Part shown: positions 1 through 20,889 of the stretch, piece by piece
Position numbering within the stretch: the first letter of the stretch is position 1
Layout: each line of letters opens with the position of its first letter
NCBI GenBank assembly: GCA_964016885.1
Contig: OZ024756.1
Coordinates: forward strand, 25,234,001-25,298,000
DNA length: 64,000 nucleotides
Origin: Eledone cirrhosa
Lineage: Eukaryota
Reading direction: 5' to 3'
Made by a program: the position numbers and the translations under genes
The notes under the pieces: generated by a model
Databases searched by the model: none
Told to the model about the DNA's origin: nothing
Seen by the model: the letters and a program-made list of their open reading frames with translations, nothing else

Positions 1-499
1 TTTGCCCTTCCCCTAAATTTTCTGGCCTAAATTAGCAATATATATGTTGCTGTGCTATATATTGATTTTATATACATAAGTATTGTACACATTAGTATTA
101 TTCTTTACATTGTTTTCTGTTTGTGGTCTGTCATTCATATAGTGTTAATGTTCTTTAAAGAGACGTTGTTCAGAATTCCAATAACTATTTTCTATATGTA
201 AACAACATAAACGAGAATCGAAATTTGCCTAAAAAAATAGAATTTTTTTTTTCTATTGTCTAAGTTCAGTGTGTTTGTCTAGATGTTTCACAACTATAGT
301 GTTTGTAGTAAAATTCATTCGCTTCGACTAATAGTGGTTTCTGATTTAGGCACAAGGCCAGCAATAATGGTGCTTTATTTTGTCGACTCCGTAAGGGTGA
401 AAAGCAAATCTAACCTCGGCGAGATTTGAACTCAAGACCACAGCTTTATGCTGCAAAGCGTGTTGTCTGACTAATGATAATAATAACAATGATAATAAT

Positions 500-712
500 G
501 ATTTCTAGTGTAGGCACAAGGCCAGTAATTTGGAGGAGGGGAAAGTCGATTAAATCGACCCCAATACGTTACTGGTACTTTATTTTATCGATCCCGTAAG
601 GATGAAAGGTAAAGTTAACCTCGGCGGGATTTGAACTCAGACCGTAAAGGGCCATAACTCTATGCTGCAAAGCATGGTGTCCGACTCTCTACCGATACTG
701 CCAATCCACCGC
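500..712 (-). mobile_element. tRNA-derived SINE (octopod-type family)
   Basis: Reverse complement of the consensus TGGCAGTATCGGTAGA (A-box)...GAGTTCAAATCC (B-box)...GTCGATAAAATAAAGTACCAG...GGCCTTGTGCC, with a TTA-type tail. A partial copy lies at about 337-470. Confidence 0.85.
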
Positions 713-737
713 CCAATAATAATGATAATAATAATAA

Positions 738-1170
738 TTGTTTCATTTATTGGCCACAAGGGCCGACATATGGGGGACAATACAATAGACGGGGACAGTG
801 GGGGTTTGCATAAAATCGAGTAAAAAAAATATAAAAACAATAACAAGAAACAAGAATAATACAAGCAACGGAGTTCCCCAACAAAGAGGATAACCACCCA
901 GGGGTAATTCAGGTACTCCACCAATCCTGAACCACCCGACGCTTCGAGAGCAGAGTAGGCCCAGTCACACGAGCCATTCTCGCCACATTCACCCACCTTT
1001 TAGCAAATGTACTGGGAAGGGGGTGCAGTACTTCTCTCTCCATTCACACCTTCCTTTCCAAGTTAAACTTAAAAAAGTTGATGAGGGATTGGCCGAAGAG
1101 AAAAAGTGTCTGTCTTCAGTCCTTTCAACATGGTCCACCACACAACCTCTTTTGCTACGGCCTCCAGACA
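738..1170 (-). mobile_element. Tx1-type LINE 3' fragment
   Basis: 990-1170 aligns by eye to 49560-49735 of the Tx1-like element. It shares the TGTTT..TTTATT..CCACAAGGG end next to (TAA)n. Confidence 0.7.
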
Positions 1171-1361
1171 GAGGAAAATTGCCCACCCATTAATACAAAG
1201 AAAAAACATAAAAAATTGTGAAAAAAATAAAATCTAAATTGAAAACATCTCCAGAATGCACCAACACTACGAAATTCCAATAAGTTGTCAGAGAATGACA
1301 AAGCAACCATATTCTGAGATATCCCAATACAAATAGACAGGGAAATCAAAGCCATCTGACC

Positions 1362-1552
1362 GAGAGGATTGGCAGTATCGGTAGAAGGTCAGACGCCATG
1401 CTTTGCAGCATAGAGTTACGACCCTTTATGATCTGATTTCAAATCCCGTCGAGGTTAACTTTGCCTTTCATCCTTACGGGGTCGATAAAATAAATCACCA
1501 GTAATGAACTAGGATAATTGCTGGCCTTGTGCCAAAAGTAGAAACAATTATA
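1362..1552 (+). mobile_element. tRNA-derived SINE
   Basis: A-box/B-box head and family body as at 19508 and 53466. Confidence 0.85.
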
Positions 1553-1557
1553 ATTAA

Positions 1558-1903
1558 TATCTTCACAGACGACAATATAACTATCAAGGAAATGGAGAAA
1601 TTATCCAAATATAAAGATCTGGAGAGAGAAATAAACAAAATGTAGATGATGAAAACAGAAACAACCCCTATAATAATAGGTGCTCTGAGAATGATGAAAT
1701 AAAACACAGACAGATACGTACCCAATAACTTACAAATATATACAACATATAGAAAATAGCACTATTAAGCACTGCAGATATGTTACGAAGAATATTCTCA
1801 ATGCAATAGAAATAACAACACTGCACATACTCAAGGCACACAAAGCTGTGCTCGGAAAATGCAGTAACAACACATAATAAAAATAAGACTAATAACAACA
1901 ATA
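1558..1903 (+). mobile_element. Degenerate R4-clade (RLE) retrotransposon 3' fragment
   Basis: Translates KEMEKLSKYKDLEREINKM*MMKTETTPIIIGAL, a restriction-like endonuclease C-terminus with stops. It ends in TAA/CAA repeats. Confidence 0.65.
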
Positions 1904-3215
1904 ATTTCTATATTTGTCACTGGGACTGAAAATATTGATGAAAATTCAATAAACAGGGATAATGGAGATTTATATATAGACGGGCAAACAGAGAACAACA
2001 ACGACAGCAGATAATAAATAATAGGAAATTTATAACAACAGAATTCCCAATGTAAGTAAGCATTGCTCTGAGCTAATAAACGAATCCCACGAATGTGAAA
2101 TCACTCCGATCACCAAGGGCACCATGGGTAAGTACCACTTTCCCCTCTATTTTCTCCATCCTACAAACGGATGCTTAGAGGAGAACCCATTCACTTGGAC
2201 CACTTTCAGAGGGTTAGAAAACGGAACACATACAGCAAAGCACTTGACCCGACGCGCTACCAATTCTGCCAATTCACAGCTACATTATGGCTGCCCCCTC
2301 GTTATCGAGTATGGCCATTGCACAATATACCATTATTAACTAATTCTATCATGCAATGCCTGTGCGCGAAGATATTTTTTAAAGTGAGGAAAGACTGTGC
2401 ACTGAGCCAATCCCACTCTCTGAGCGACAGTAGCTATAACCCGAAAAGAAGAAAAGATCAACATCATTGGTAACTACTGAGCCGCAGGTTTTATGTCGGA
2501 GTTATCCCAGTTTCCTGAGTTGCCTTCTCCTAGAAGAATGCCCTGACAAAAGCTAGGGGTCCTTCACTCCCTGTGGTTTAACTGCGCGATCGGGTATCCA
2601 GCCCGACTATTTCTATGTCCCCGCGCATATACATACACATGCACCCATGTATATACACATATACATACATATGTACATGTGTATATATACATATTTACAC
2701 TCTTTCGGATGGCCGTTGACTCTTATGGGTTCTTCCGTCCTTTGTCAGGTTTTGTTTTTTGTCCTGCAGGGTGTCCAAAATCACCCTCCTCACCAAGTAA
2801 ACTTGGTGGGGTTGCCGGTTTAGTCGCCGACGACCCACATACATACATAACTGCATATACACATGTACAGATGCAAAGCATATATACATGCACACATACA
2901 ACTCAAAACATACACATCCACACATACAATAACATCCATATCTACACATGCATGCATACATAATCTACCTAGTTGATGTTGTGTAAATTCCAATGAGAGA
3001 GTCTTGTGTCTATGTTAGAAACCGACTCTCTCTTTATTGGGAAAAAATTTGTGAAATTATAAAACCAGAAGAACATACACACACACATACATACATACAT
3101 ACATACATACATACATACATACATACATACATACGTACATACGTACATACATACATACATACATACATACATACATACATACATACATACATACATACAT
3201 ACATACATACATACA

Positions 3216-4335
3216 TGGATGAAAAACTGTGAATCCATGGATGAAAAACAATGAATCCATGGATGAAAAACAGTGAATCCATGGATGAAAAACTGCATGC
3301 CTATCAGCAAAAAATCATGCATAGATATGTTGCCAGGAAGCTCCAGAGTGAGAGTAATATAGATAAGGAAAGTAGTCTATCTTGGACCAACAACCGCTAT
3401 ATTGGCTCCCACTTTGACGGATACGCTTTTGCAATCCAGGAACAGGAGATTAGCACGAAATACCTGATTCACAAAAGAGATAGGGATGCAGGCAAAACAC
3501 CTAGATGTGATAACAAGTGCAGACTCTGCAGAACTAACATCGAGGATATCACCCATGTCATCAGCAGCTGTCCAAAGATGTCATCGCGGTACTATCTACC
3601 TATGAGGCATGATGTAGTGGCCAAAACACTGTACAATGCAATCCGTAAAAATCATAGCCCCGATAATAAACATATTAAAAGCTACAACAATGTGGAAGAC
3701 ATCCATGTACATAATATGAAAGAGTACTGGTGGAATGTTCCAGTAAAAACCCCAATAAAATGCAGGCATAACAGACCAGATATTATGATATGGGACAGGG
3801 AGAAGAAAACATGCACAGTAGTGGAAGTTAGCTGCCCAGCAGATGCCAATATAATATCAAAGATTAGTGAAAAGGAGAATATTTATGCAGAACTGATGAG
3901 AAACCTGCAGATACTGCACCCTGATTACACCTTCAGATTTATGCCTGTGATTATTGGGGCACTGGGATATGTTAGTAACTGCCTCAATACAAATCTTGAG
4001 AAGCTAGACTTCACAGGAACAGAAAGAACACAACTAGTTAGGAAACTACAAGTACAATCTATTAATGGAACAGTAAAAATATGTAAAACATTCCAAAAAT
4101 GTTGCATCTAATAACTGCATATACACATGTACAGATACAAAGCATATACACATGCACACATACAACTCAAAACATACACATCCACACATACAATAACATC
4201 CATATCTACACATACATACATATCTACCTAGTTGATGTTGTGTAAATTCCAATGAGAGAGTATTGTGTCTATGTTAGAAACCCACTCTCTCTCTATTGGT
4301 AAAACTTTGTGAAATTATAAAACCAGAAGAACATA
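3216..4335 (+). mobile_element. 5'-truncated R4-clade non-LTR retrotransposon (CCHC + RLE endonuclease) inserted in (ATAC)n
   Basis: ORF 3251-4111 has AIQEQEI, CRLC...EDITHVISSC, RHD, RPD...VEVSCP and PVIIGALG motifs. A 3' UTR of about 225 bp ends in (CATA)n; the same UTR recurs at about 2848-3075 and 6018-6265. Confidence 0.88.
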
Positions 4336-4474
4336 CATACATACATACATACATACATACATACATACATACATACATACATACATACATACATACATAC
4401 ATACATACATGGTGGTGGCTGCCAACTCGTTTTCGAGTACGGCCACTACTTTATATCCATGTAGGAGAACCCCT

Positions 4475-5175
4475 GACACATGCTGCACAAAAGAGGAGGG
4501 CCAGCAGCTGACAATAAATGTAGGCTATGTAAAACAAAGATCGAGGATGCAAGCCACATTGTTGCCAGCTGCGAAAGAATGTCATCTCGCTACTACCTCC
4601 CCATGAGACACGATGGGATAGCTAGAACCATCTGGAACGCACTTCGGAAAACAAAATTAACAACAAACGAGGATGAATATATTGAGACAGATGGCACTAA
4701 GGAATACTGGTGGAAACTGAAAATAAAAACTGCCACCAAATTAAAGCACAACCGGCCTGATATTGTAGTTTGGGACCACACATTGAAAACGTGTTCTGTT
4801 GTGGTTCTCAGCTGCCCACTTGATGTAAACGTTGTCAGAAAAATACAGGAGAAGGAGGACATCTACGGACCATTGATGAGGAGTTTACAAATCCAGTATC
4901 CAAGATACACCTTTAGCTTCATACCCATCATTATTGGTGCTACGGGTTATATACCAACCCGCTTGGACCAAAGTATGACCGAACTTGGATTTGCGGACAA
5001 AAAGCGCAGCTCCCCAATTCATAGTCTACAAATGGCTGCGATAGCTGGCACCTTCAAAATTTGCAAAACATTCTTGCGATTCAAGGGATGACAATTTCTT
5101 TTCTTTTACAACCTTGCCACCAGGAAGGTGGCCGGTCAAAAAATATACTCGAAATTAAGAGAAAGAGAAAACATA
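4475..5175 (+). mobile_element. Second R4-clade family 3' fragment (CCHC + RLE) ending in (ATAC)n
   Basis: ORF 4480-5091 has CRLC...SHIVASC, YYLPMRHD, HNRPDIVVWD and IPIIIGATG. Its 3' UTR differs from the 3216 element. Confidence 0.85.
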
Positions 5176-5406
5176 CACACATACATACATAAATACATAC
5201 ACACACACATACATACATACATACATACATACATACATACATACATACATACATACATACATACATACATACACAGAGAAAGACAGACAAACAGAAAATC
5301 ATATGAAAAAACGTGATTTATCAAGAAATGAGACGTGGGCTTGTGGCATGGGAAACCCACCGGGTGCTGAGAGGGTTTTATCTGTTCTGTCGTGGAGGTG
5401 AACCAC

Positions 5407-5470
5407 TATAAATACTCTCGCTTCTGGACTGACAGCACGGTTGTCATCCAGATTAACTTCACAGGTAAGT
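5407..5470 (+). promoter_or_regulatory. Putative TATA promoter and short non-coding first exon of gene A
   Basis: TATAAATA at 5407 and a strong donor CAG|GTAAGT at 5464/5465. The first coding exon has an acceptor (TTTTAG ending 7824), so an upstream exon is needed. Gene B has the same layout. Confidence 0.55.
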
Positions 5471-5787
5471 TGACTGAATTCTAATAACATTTACAGCATA
5501 CATACATTCATATATACATGCATGCATACATATTTACATTCATACACACATATGTGCATACATACGTTCATACGTACATACATACATACATACATACAAA
5601 CATACATACATACATACATACATACATACATACATACATACGTTCATACATACATACATACATACATACATACATACATACATACATACATACATACGTT
5701 CATACATACATACATACAAACATACATACATACATACATACATACATACATACATACATACATACATACATACATACATACATACAC

Positions 5788-5942
5788 GGTGGCTGCCAAC
5801 TCGTTTTCGAGTACGGCCACTACTTTATATCCATGTAGGAGAACCCCTACCGAAGCGCTGAACGAGTGTGACTTTTTAGTCCAGCCAGCGACTTGAAAAC
5901 TCTGGTACAAACACTACACTTGTGACAATTATTGACACATAG
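5788..5942 (-). mobile_element. RTE-type LINE 3' end with C2H2 finger
   Basis: The minus strand encodes CSVCTRVFKSLAGLKSHTR. The terminal ~60 bp recur at 4412-4473 next to (ATAC)n. Confidence 0.5.
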
Positions 5943-6412
5943 TACATACATACATACATACATACATACATACATACATACATACATACATACATACATA
6001 CATACATACATAAATTCTGCATCTAATAACTGCATATACACATGTACAGATACAAAGCATATGCACATGCACACATACAACTCAAAATATACACATCCAC
6101 ACATACAATAACATCCATACCCGCACACACATGCCTGCATGCAGACATGTATACATATCTACGTAGTTGATGTGTAAATTCCAATGAGAGAGTCTTGTTA
6201 CTATGTTAGAAACCGACTCCCTCTGTATTGGCAAAAATTTGTGAAATTATAAAACCAGAAGACATACATATATACATGTGTACATACATTCATACGTACA
6301 TACATACATACATACATACATACATACATACATACATACATACATACATACATACATACATACATACATACATACATTCATACATACATTAATACGTACA
6401 TACATAGACAGA

Positions 6413-6517
<105 letters not shown>

Positions 6518-6635
6518 ATGTATATATATAGGGAAATGCGTTTATTTGGCATGTTTATATATATATATAACAAATAGTTATCGCTCTACATGGCTGAATA
6601 CAACAAATGTAATCTGAGTTTTTCGAATATTAATA

Positions 6636-6757
6636 ATAATTGTTTCTACTTTAGGCACAAGGCTACCAATTACCCAGTGCATTACTGGTACTTTATTTTA
6701 TCGACCCCGTAAGGATGAACGGCAAAGTCAACCTCGGCGGGATTTGAACTCAGATCG
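6636..6757 (-). mobile_element. SINE, 5'-truncated
   Basis: Family body and B-box (GATTTGAACTC on the + strand). Confidence 0.75.
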
Positions 6758-7379
6758 TTTTTGCATCAATGTGTATATTTGTATCCACATTCACGCAGTC
6801 TCGTGTACCTCTGTACTGTATAAATATAGACTGTTTACTTATTCCTGAATTTGACGTCTTGTGCTAATATAAAAAAAAACATCCAGTTATCAGTCAAGTA
6901 CTGGATTCAATTTAACGATTTACACCATACGACAACGTTCTAGTATTGTGAAGCAATTCTTATTATTCTCTTCTTCATGTTTGTTTTCAATAGTTTTTAT
7001 GCTAGTTACTGCTGCGCCATCACATTTATCTCTGTCTTCGTAATGGTGTGGACATAATTGTATTTTGGAAGTCCAGAATTACGTTCTTGTGTTTTGTATT
7101 ATGCACAGTAATGAAGACGCATAGCTTAGAGCTTAGAGAATTGGATTCGCACTCATGAGGTTGCGAGTGCGATTCCAGAACCGAGTAATGACTTATGTCC
7201 CTGAGCATGACAATTTATTTAACGTTACTCTTTCTGGCAGGAGTTGTTACAAGTAGATACTATCAGTTATGGAAAGATCAATGGAAACATTGTTTCCTTT
7301 CTCCAATTTGACGAGTTCCATCCCACTTTGTAAGCGAATGGGGTCAGGGAACTTGTCTTTTGATTACGAACAGTACTAG

Positions 7380-7780
7380 AGGGCGGTCGGTTAACAGAAT
7401 TGTTATGGCGTCGGACGAAATGCTTTGTGGTATTTAGTTACGACTTTCTACGTTCTGCGTTCAAATACGGTCGAAGTCAACTTTGTCTTCGTTATTCCGG
7501 GATCGACGAAATAAAATACCATTTAAGTACTGGCAGGTAAACACTTGTGCCAACGTCAGAAAGAATTAGTAGCAGTACAAGAGGGAGTGGTTGGAAATGT
7601 TAGGGCGTCAGACGAAATGTGGTATTTCTTTCGGCTTTTTTTACTTTCTGATGCCGTCAAAGTCAACTTTGACTTTCATCCGGCCGTGATCGATAAAACA
7701 AAGTACCAGTTAAGTACTGGATCCATTTAATCAACTTTCCCTGAAAATTGCTGGTTTGGTGCCAAATTCAGAAACCCTTA
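7380..7780 (+). mobile_element. Two diverged SINE copies
   Basis: Degenerate GTCGGACGAAATGCTTTG...GTTCAAAT...GTCAACTTTG...GATAAAA..AAGTACC motifs. Confidence 0.55.
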
Positions 7781-7832
7781 TTAGCAGCAATAATCTAACT
7801 GTTGTCATTGTTTTTATATTTTAGCATTCAAG

Positions 7833-14472
<6,640 letters not shown>

Positions 14473-14506
14473 CCATTTTAAATGGTCTACTCACTTGTTC
14501 ATTTTG

Positions 14507-14512
14507 AATAAA
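14507..14512 (+). terminator. Polyadenylation signal of gene A
   Basis: AATAAA 35 nt after the stop codon, followed by a T/GT-rich tract. Confidence 0.6.
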
Positions 14513-14928
14513 GTACTTACAATGTAATTTTTCTTTTTTGTTGTCTTTATTTGTTGTTGTTCACTGGTTCTATGTGTGTTTCTACATAAAACAAGATAAT
14601 CATTTAGAATAAGTATAAAGTTGATAAAAAATAATAGAAATAAGGAATAAAAAGATATGTTGGTATTACCTTTACTTTGACCAATATCATGATTTTGAGA
14701 AGGACGTTTTGATACCTGGATAGCTGCTGTTCTTCTATATAAAATCAAAAACTTTAATTAGATATGTGTTCTGGAGAGTAATTTTCCAGTTACAATTCGA
14801 TTGTCAACTTTGACCATCATTGGACTTAGATAGTAGAGAGTTTTCACAAAAAGCGTCGAATTAAGTTAAAGTATGGGAAACATTCAAGGCATTATTTTTA
14901 TCTATCGGGGTATATTATATGTTTAGAA

Positions 14929-15248
14929 CAGTGATTCCCAACCTTTTGTGCCACATGCCCACCACAACGTTTCAAATATTTTTTATGTCCCACTTTTGAT
15001 ATAAAAACAGCGATGATCAACTACAATGTGTAAACAAATTGGCGTATGGGTGATGCCAGATGCACAATAACATGTGTGGACGAGGTGAGACAGGAGTTTC
15101 CGACAGTAATTTGTTTCAAAGTTGCCTTGGTGTAAAAGAAATAAGATAAAATCTGAAGTTTGCTCTCATTAACATCATTTTTAAATTGCCCCCTTGAATA
15201 TTCAAATTGCTCTCCTGAGTTGCTTGCGCCCCACGTTTGGAATAACTG
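14929..15248. mobile_element. hAT-type MITE
   Basis: Imperfect terminal inverted repeats CAGTGATTCCCAAC...GTTTGGAATAACTG, with a degenerate 8-bp TSD (GTTTAGAA/GCTTAAAG). Confidence 0.5.
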
Positions 15249-15436
15249 GCTTAAAGTGCTTGGAATTTGAATAATATTTTTTTTTGCAAAGACAGATTCT
15301 TCCCAAGCAATCTTTAGGAAATATGTTTTTTTATGTTTCAGAAGCGTATAAGTTTCATTTATCTAGTGTATGATTTATCTCACAAGATATTTCATTTTAT
15401 AATATAATGTTAAATTTTCGTTTTGGACTTTGAAAT

Positions 15437-15600
15437 AAATAATTGTTTCTACTTTTGGCACAAGGCCAGCAATTACTCAGTGCATTACTGGTACTTTATT
15501 TTATCGACCCCGTAAGGATGAAAGGCAAAGTTAACCTCGGCGGGATTTGAACTCAGATCATAAAGGACCGTAAAGCATGTCGTCCGACCCTCTACCGATA
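15437..15600 (-). mobile_element. tRNA-derived SINE
   Basis: Near-consensus copy in reverse complement. Confidence 0.85.
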
Positions 15601-16808
15601 GAGAGGTGTGTTCATTTCTATTTTTGTTTCGGAATATGTATCCGAGTGTTAGGTATCGTGGTGTTTGAATGCCTTTTGTGGATAGTTTTTATTGTGCATT
15701 GATTAATTTTTTTCATAACAAGAAAGTACGCACATACATACATACACGTAAACTCACGTAGACTCACCCACACACGCACACACACACACGCACACACACG
15801 CACACACACACACATACACACACACATATATATGTATATATATATATTTATATATTATAGTAATAATATATATATATATATATATAATACTAGTAATGAT
15901 AAATGTGAAGACTAAAATCTGAAGAGCCTCTCGACAAGTTTCAGAAGATTCCGTAAAAAGGTGAAAGCAGCGATTCTTTGCTTAAACCTTAATCCGTACA
16001 CACAATGTATAATGAGAACCACTTCTAGTGATCATGTTTGAGCGAAACGTTGTCGATAACAATAACCGCTTGCTTACATCATGTAGAAGATCTAACAACA
16101 TCTGGATATGTTTACATATACCCCAATATTTCATGCGACAATGACCAACTTAATACATCGCTATCTAACACATGATTTCATCACCACCATCATCACACAC
16201 CTATCACATCTTCCTGGCACACTTTTCTTTGGATACCTGTGCAGTGATTATAGTGTTATTAATTTTGATAACAGTATACAGATCTTTAATTATGAGAAGC
16301 AGGTAATTTTAGAATAATTTTATATAAATATTTCGGAGTTTTACTTGTTTGGCAAGTCACTTGTGTAAAAACCAAAACAATTACCGCGTGAAAGAGTCAT
16401 TATTGTAATTTAAAAACCTGTTAAATTTATTTTATATCATTTATTTCTTGGTGTCAACACTTCCTTTACAGTGCCTTGTGTTTGTGTGTGTATGTATATA
16501 TGCATACACACACACATACATATATGCATTATATATATATATATTTAATTTCATTTCATTCCTTGTATTTTGATCATGCTTTATTTTTATTTTTATTTTT
16601 AATTTCATTCGCACCGTTTCCTTTCGCTATATGTCTCTCCACCACTCCCCTACACACCCTTTGAACTCTGTTCCCACACACTTCTCACCTGAGGAAGGGC
16701 TTATGCCCGAAACGTCGTTCCCCACCACCACCCCACTCTCCAGAGCGTGAAATTAATAAACATTCGTTGTACTGCCTCTCTGTTTTGTTCCTGTTCAAAT
16801 TTTTCCAT

Positions 16809-16902
<94 letters not shown>

Positions 16903-16961
16903 TTGTTTTGCAAGGTTTTTGATATGAAAACACACACACACAGACACACACACACGTATAT

Positions 16962-17035
<74 letters not shown>

Positions 17036-17276
17036 AGTTTAATATAGAAATGGCTTCTACAGGACTAAAACTGTTTCATACAAAAGAAATCACTAGGAAA
17101 ACTTTCTTATGATTTCTTTTGGATGAAACAGTTCTAGTCCTGTAGTAGTCATTCTGCTATTAAACTTGGTATTTACACTCTACTAATGTATTGAGTACCT
17201 TAATAACTGTAGTTACCCCCGATTGAACCCGGGACTCATACACACACACACATATCTATCTATGTATGTATGTACG

Positions 17277-17421
<145 letters not shown>

Positions 17422-17469
17422 GTATGTACACACACACACATATATATATATAAATATATATATGTATGT

Positions 17470-17518
<49 letters not shown>

Positions 17519-18560
17519 CCTAGCCGCCGCCCTTGATGTAGATAGGAAACTAGAATGCTTAACTAAGTGTGAGGGTTTATCACCCTTAAGGATCACAAAG
17601 CCGATTTTGCTGCTAACCTGATATATAGACTATTAAACCCAGAACAGACAGAGATAAGGCAAGTTTGGACCATTAGAGAGAAATCCAACCTTTCCCAGTG
17701 GAAAAACAACAACTCTGTTGTGAAGTGGTTTAACACTTTTAACACCAACAAAGCTAAATTTATCCAGTTCGACATGATGGACTTTTACCCATCGATCTCG
17801 GCGACTCTTTTGAATAAAGATTTGGAATTCGCTACTACATACACTTCCGTCTATGACTTAGACAGACAGCTCATAACCCAATGCAGGAAAATCCTCCTTT
17901 TCAATAACGGGGTAGCCTGGGCCAAAAAATCAACTACCTCAGAACTATTCGATGTTTTAATGGAATTATTTAATAGTGCTGATGTATGCGATTTGGTCGG
18001 TTCATTTATATTAGATACATTGCGAGTCAAATTCTCGGATTTTCACAAGGTTTTACACCGCGACGACGGTCAGACCCTATCGTGCCATGAAAGCGGTCAC
18101 GACCTTGATTGATTTAGGAAAATCCCGATAGCCACGTCTAATGATTTAGGACTAAAGATTACTGGAGTCACCAATTCAACAAGCGTAAATTACTTGGACA
18201 TCAACTAAGATTTTCGTACACACACATTAAGACCTTTCCACAAACTCAATGAAAAGTTGGTATATATATACAAGGACTCATACCACCTGCCTACGGTCTT
18301 TAAAAACTTCGTCAAAAACTTCAGCAGTAGGATCTCAAATCTTTCCTCTAACAAGGTCATCTTTGACAGAGTGGCACCATACTATAACACTGCGTTAGCC
18401 AACAGCGGCTTCTCTGATAAAATGTCTTACTCCCCTCATAATCACATTAACAGTAGAAAGAAAAAGAAAAATTAAAAATAATTTTGTTCTGCCGACTATC
18501 TCGCTTAGATTGTGGGTAATAAATTCTTAGTACTCCTAGACAAGCACTTCCATATAAGGT
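17519..18560 (+). pseudogene. Penelope-like element reverse transcriptase remnant
   Basis: Motifs FIQFDMMDFYPSI, a degenerate DVLM..FNSADVCDLVG, HRDDG, VNYLDI and a SYHLP/SRISNLSS thumb region, with frameshifts and stops. Confidence 0.8.
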
Positions 18561-18774
18561 ATAAATGCAGATCTTTAATAGAGGGTTTAACTGGGATTTT
18601 GTAATAAATGTTAAAGAGAGCAGGACCAGTTGAGGTGAAATAGTTGAGCCGTTATGTTGTTTGATTTGATTTTTGTTGTTATGTTGTTTGATTTGATTTT
18701 TGTTATGGGCGGATAGTACGGAGCCCAAGCCTTAGGTGTATTTTAAAGATGATGCCTACATATATATATATATT

Positions 18775-18809
<35 letters not shown>

Positions 18810-19069
18810 ATTTATATATATATATATATATATTTCGTTTCTGAATTTGTTTAGCAAGATTCTTTATCTGAAAACGTGTGTTGAAACCGATATTGTTATA
18901 CTTTGGGAGGGTCATCTTGCCAATAAGAAACACACGCACCAGTTGCTTTCACTTCAATTTATTATAATAAATTTATAAATTCCTAAATTTATAAATTTAT
19001 TATAATAAATTGAAGTGAAAGCAACTGGTGCGTGTGTTTCTTATTGGCAACATGACCTTCCCAAAGTAT

Positions 19070-19154
<85 letters not shown>

Positions 19155-19507
19155 TAGTTCCAAAACAGTTTTCCTTTTCCGTACAACATCATTCAGACCG
19201 AGCTGAAGATCCGCTAAGGTGAAACATTTGCTTTCGATATAGTGAACTAACTGTTGTGTAACTACTTCTACCAAACTCGTCCCATGGACTGAGTGCTCTA
19301 CTAGTGTTCTACTGTTATATATATATATTCCAATATATATATATATATATATATATAAATTTGTCCAGGAAAGTTTTAAATATTATGCGATCTGTTTCCG
19401 TCTTGATATATTTTGGTATGATATTCAAGAGAGCGGATCCAGTTAAGGTGAAGAAGTTGTGTCGTATGGTTGCAGTTTTAAACTGGTAAGACCATTATTT
19501 AGCAGAG

Positions 19508-19696
19508 ATGGATTGGCAGTATTGGTAGAGGGTCGGACGCCATGCTTTGACGCATAGAGTTACGGCCCTTGCCATTCTGAGTTCAAATCCCGCCGAGGTT
19601 AACTTTGCCTTTCATCCTCACGGGGTCGATAAAATAAAGTACCAGTAATACACTGCGATAATTGCTGGCCTTGTGCCAAAAGTAGAAACAATTATT
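19508..19696 (+). mobile_element. tRNA-derived SINE, full length
   Basis: A-box TGGCAGTATTGGTAGA, B-box GAGTTCAAATCC, conserved body and AATTATT tail. Confidence 0.9.
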
Positions 19697-19889
19697 TAGC
19701 AGAGTACGCGATACATGGGATAGTATAGTGTAAATATATTAGAGAGTCGGGGTCCAATACTCTAATGTATATAAATATATATGTGTGTGTGTAAATATGT
19801 TTGTGTTTATATATATACATATATATTATATACATATATATATATACATATATTTATATATATATATTAATACATATATATATATATAC

Positions 19890-20124
<235 letters not shown>

Positions 20125-20248
20125 TATATATATATATATATAATAGCTTTCACCGTATTTATTTCTTTAGTCAAAAATACAGTGAAAGCTATTCTATTTT
20201 CTAATTTCAAACCTGCTCACTGTTTCAAAACATACTTACTTGTCATAC

Positions 20249-20287
<39 letters not shown>

Positions 20288-20889
20288 CATATATATATAC
20301 ATATATATATATATACATATATATACATAAATATATATATATACTCAATACATAAACAGAGAAAACCTTAAGCGATACTCCGACCAATTCCATCTCACTC
20401 AACAAACATTCGGATATACTTAAGTATTATCCCAATTTAGTGTTTGGGGTGCTAACTAATCAGTATTTCGTGGAAAATTGGTTGTATTATTTTATATGAG
20501 ACATTATTAAATAAATATCTCTTTCCTTCCAGACGGCCGTTTCGTTATAAGATTTCTACAAATTGGGATAAATAATTTCCAGGTTATGTAGAAACTTGTA
20601 TATAATCCGTAATTTCATACACAAGCGGGCTCTTAAAAACTCATCAGTGGATGCCCAAATTAATATCGATATACGAATTATATCGACATCAATATAATGG
20701 TGATGGTCTCCCTCAGCGCTAAGAAGAGACTGGTAGATTAAAATCCAGCAGTTCTCCCAAATAAAAATTACACGCTGTCTCCATATATATATATATATAT
20801 AATATATGTAGGAGGTGAGTTTTATTGTAGTACAATAAAGCAATGCAGATATCGGATAAGAAGCACTCTAGAGTTTGTAGGACTGGAGT

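Noticed and set aside
19508-19600. tRNA genes
   Set aside because: The A and B boxes belong to SINE heads followed by a shared non-tRNA body, and there is no cloverleaf.
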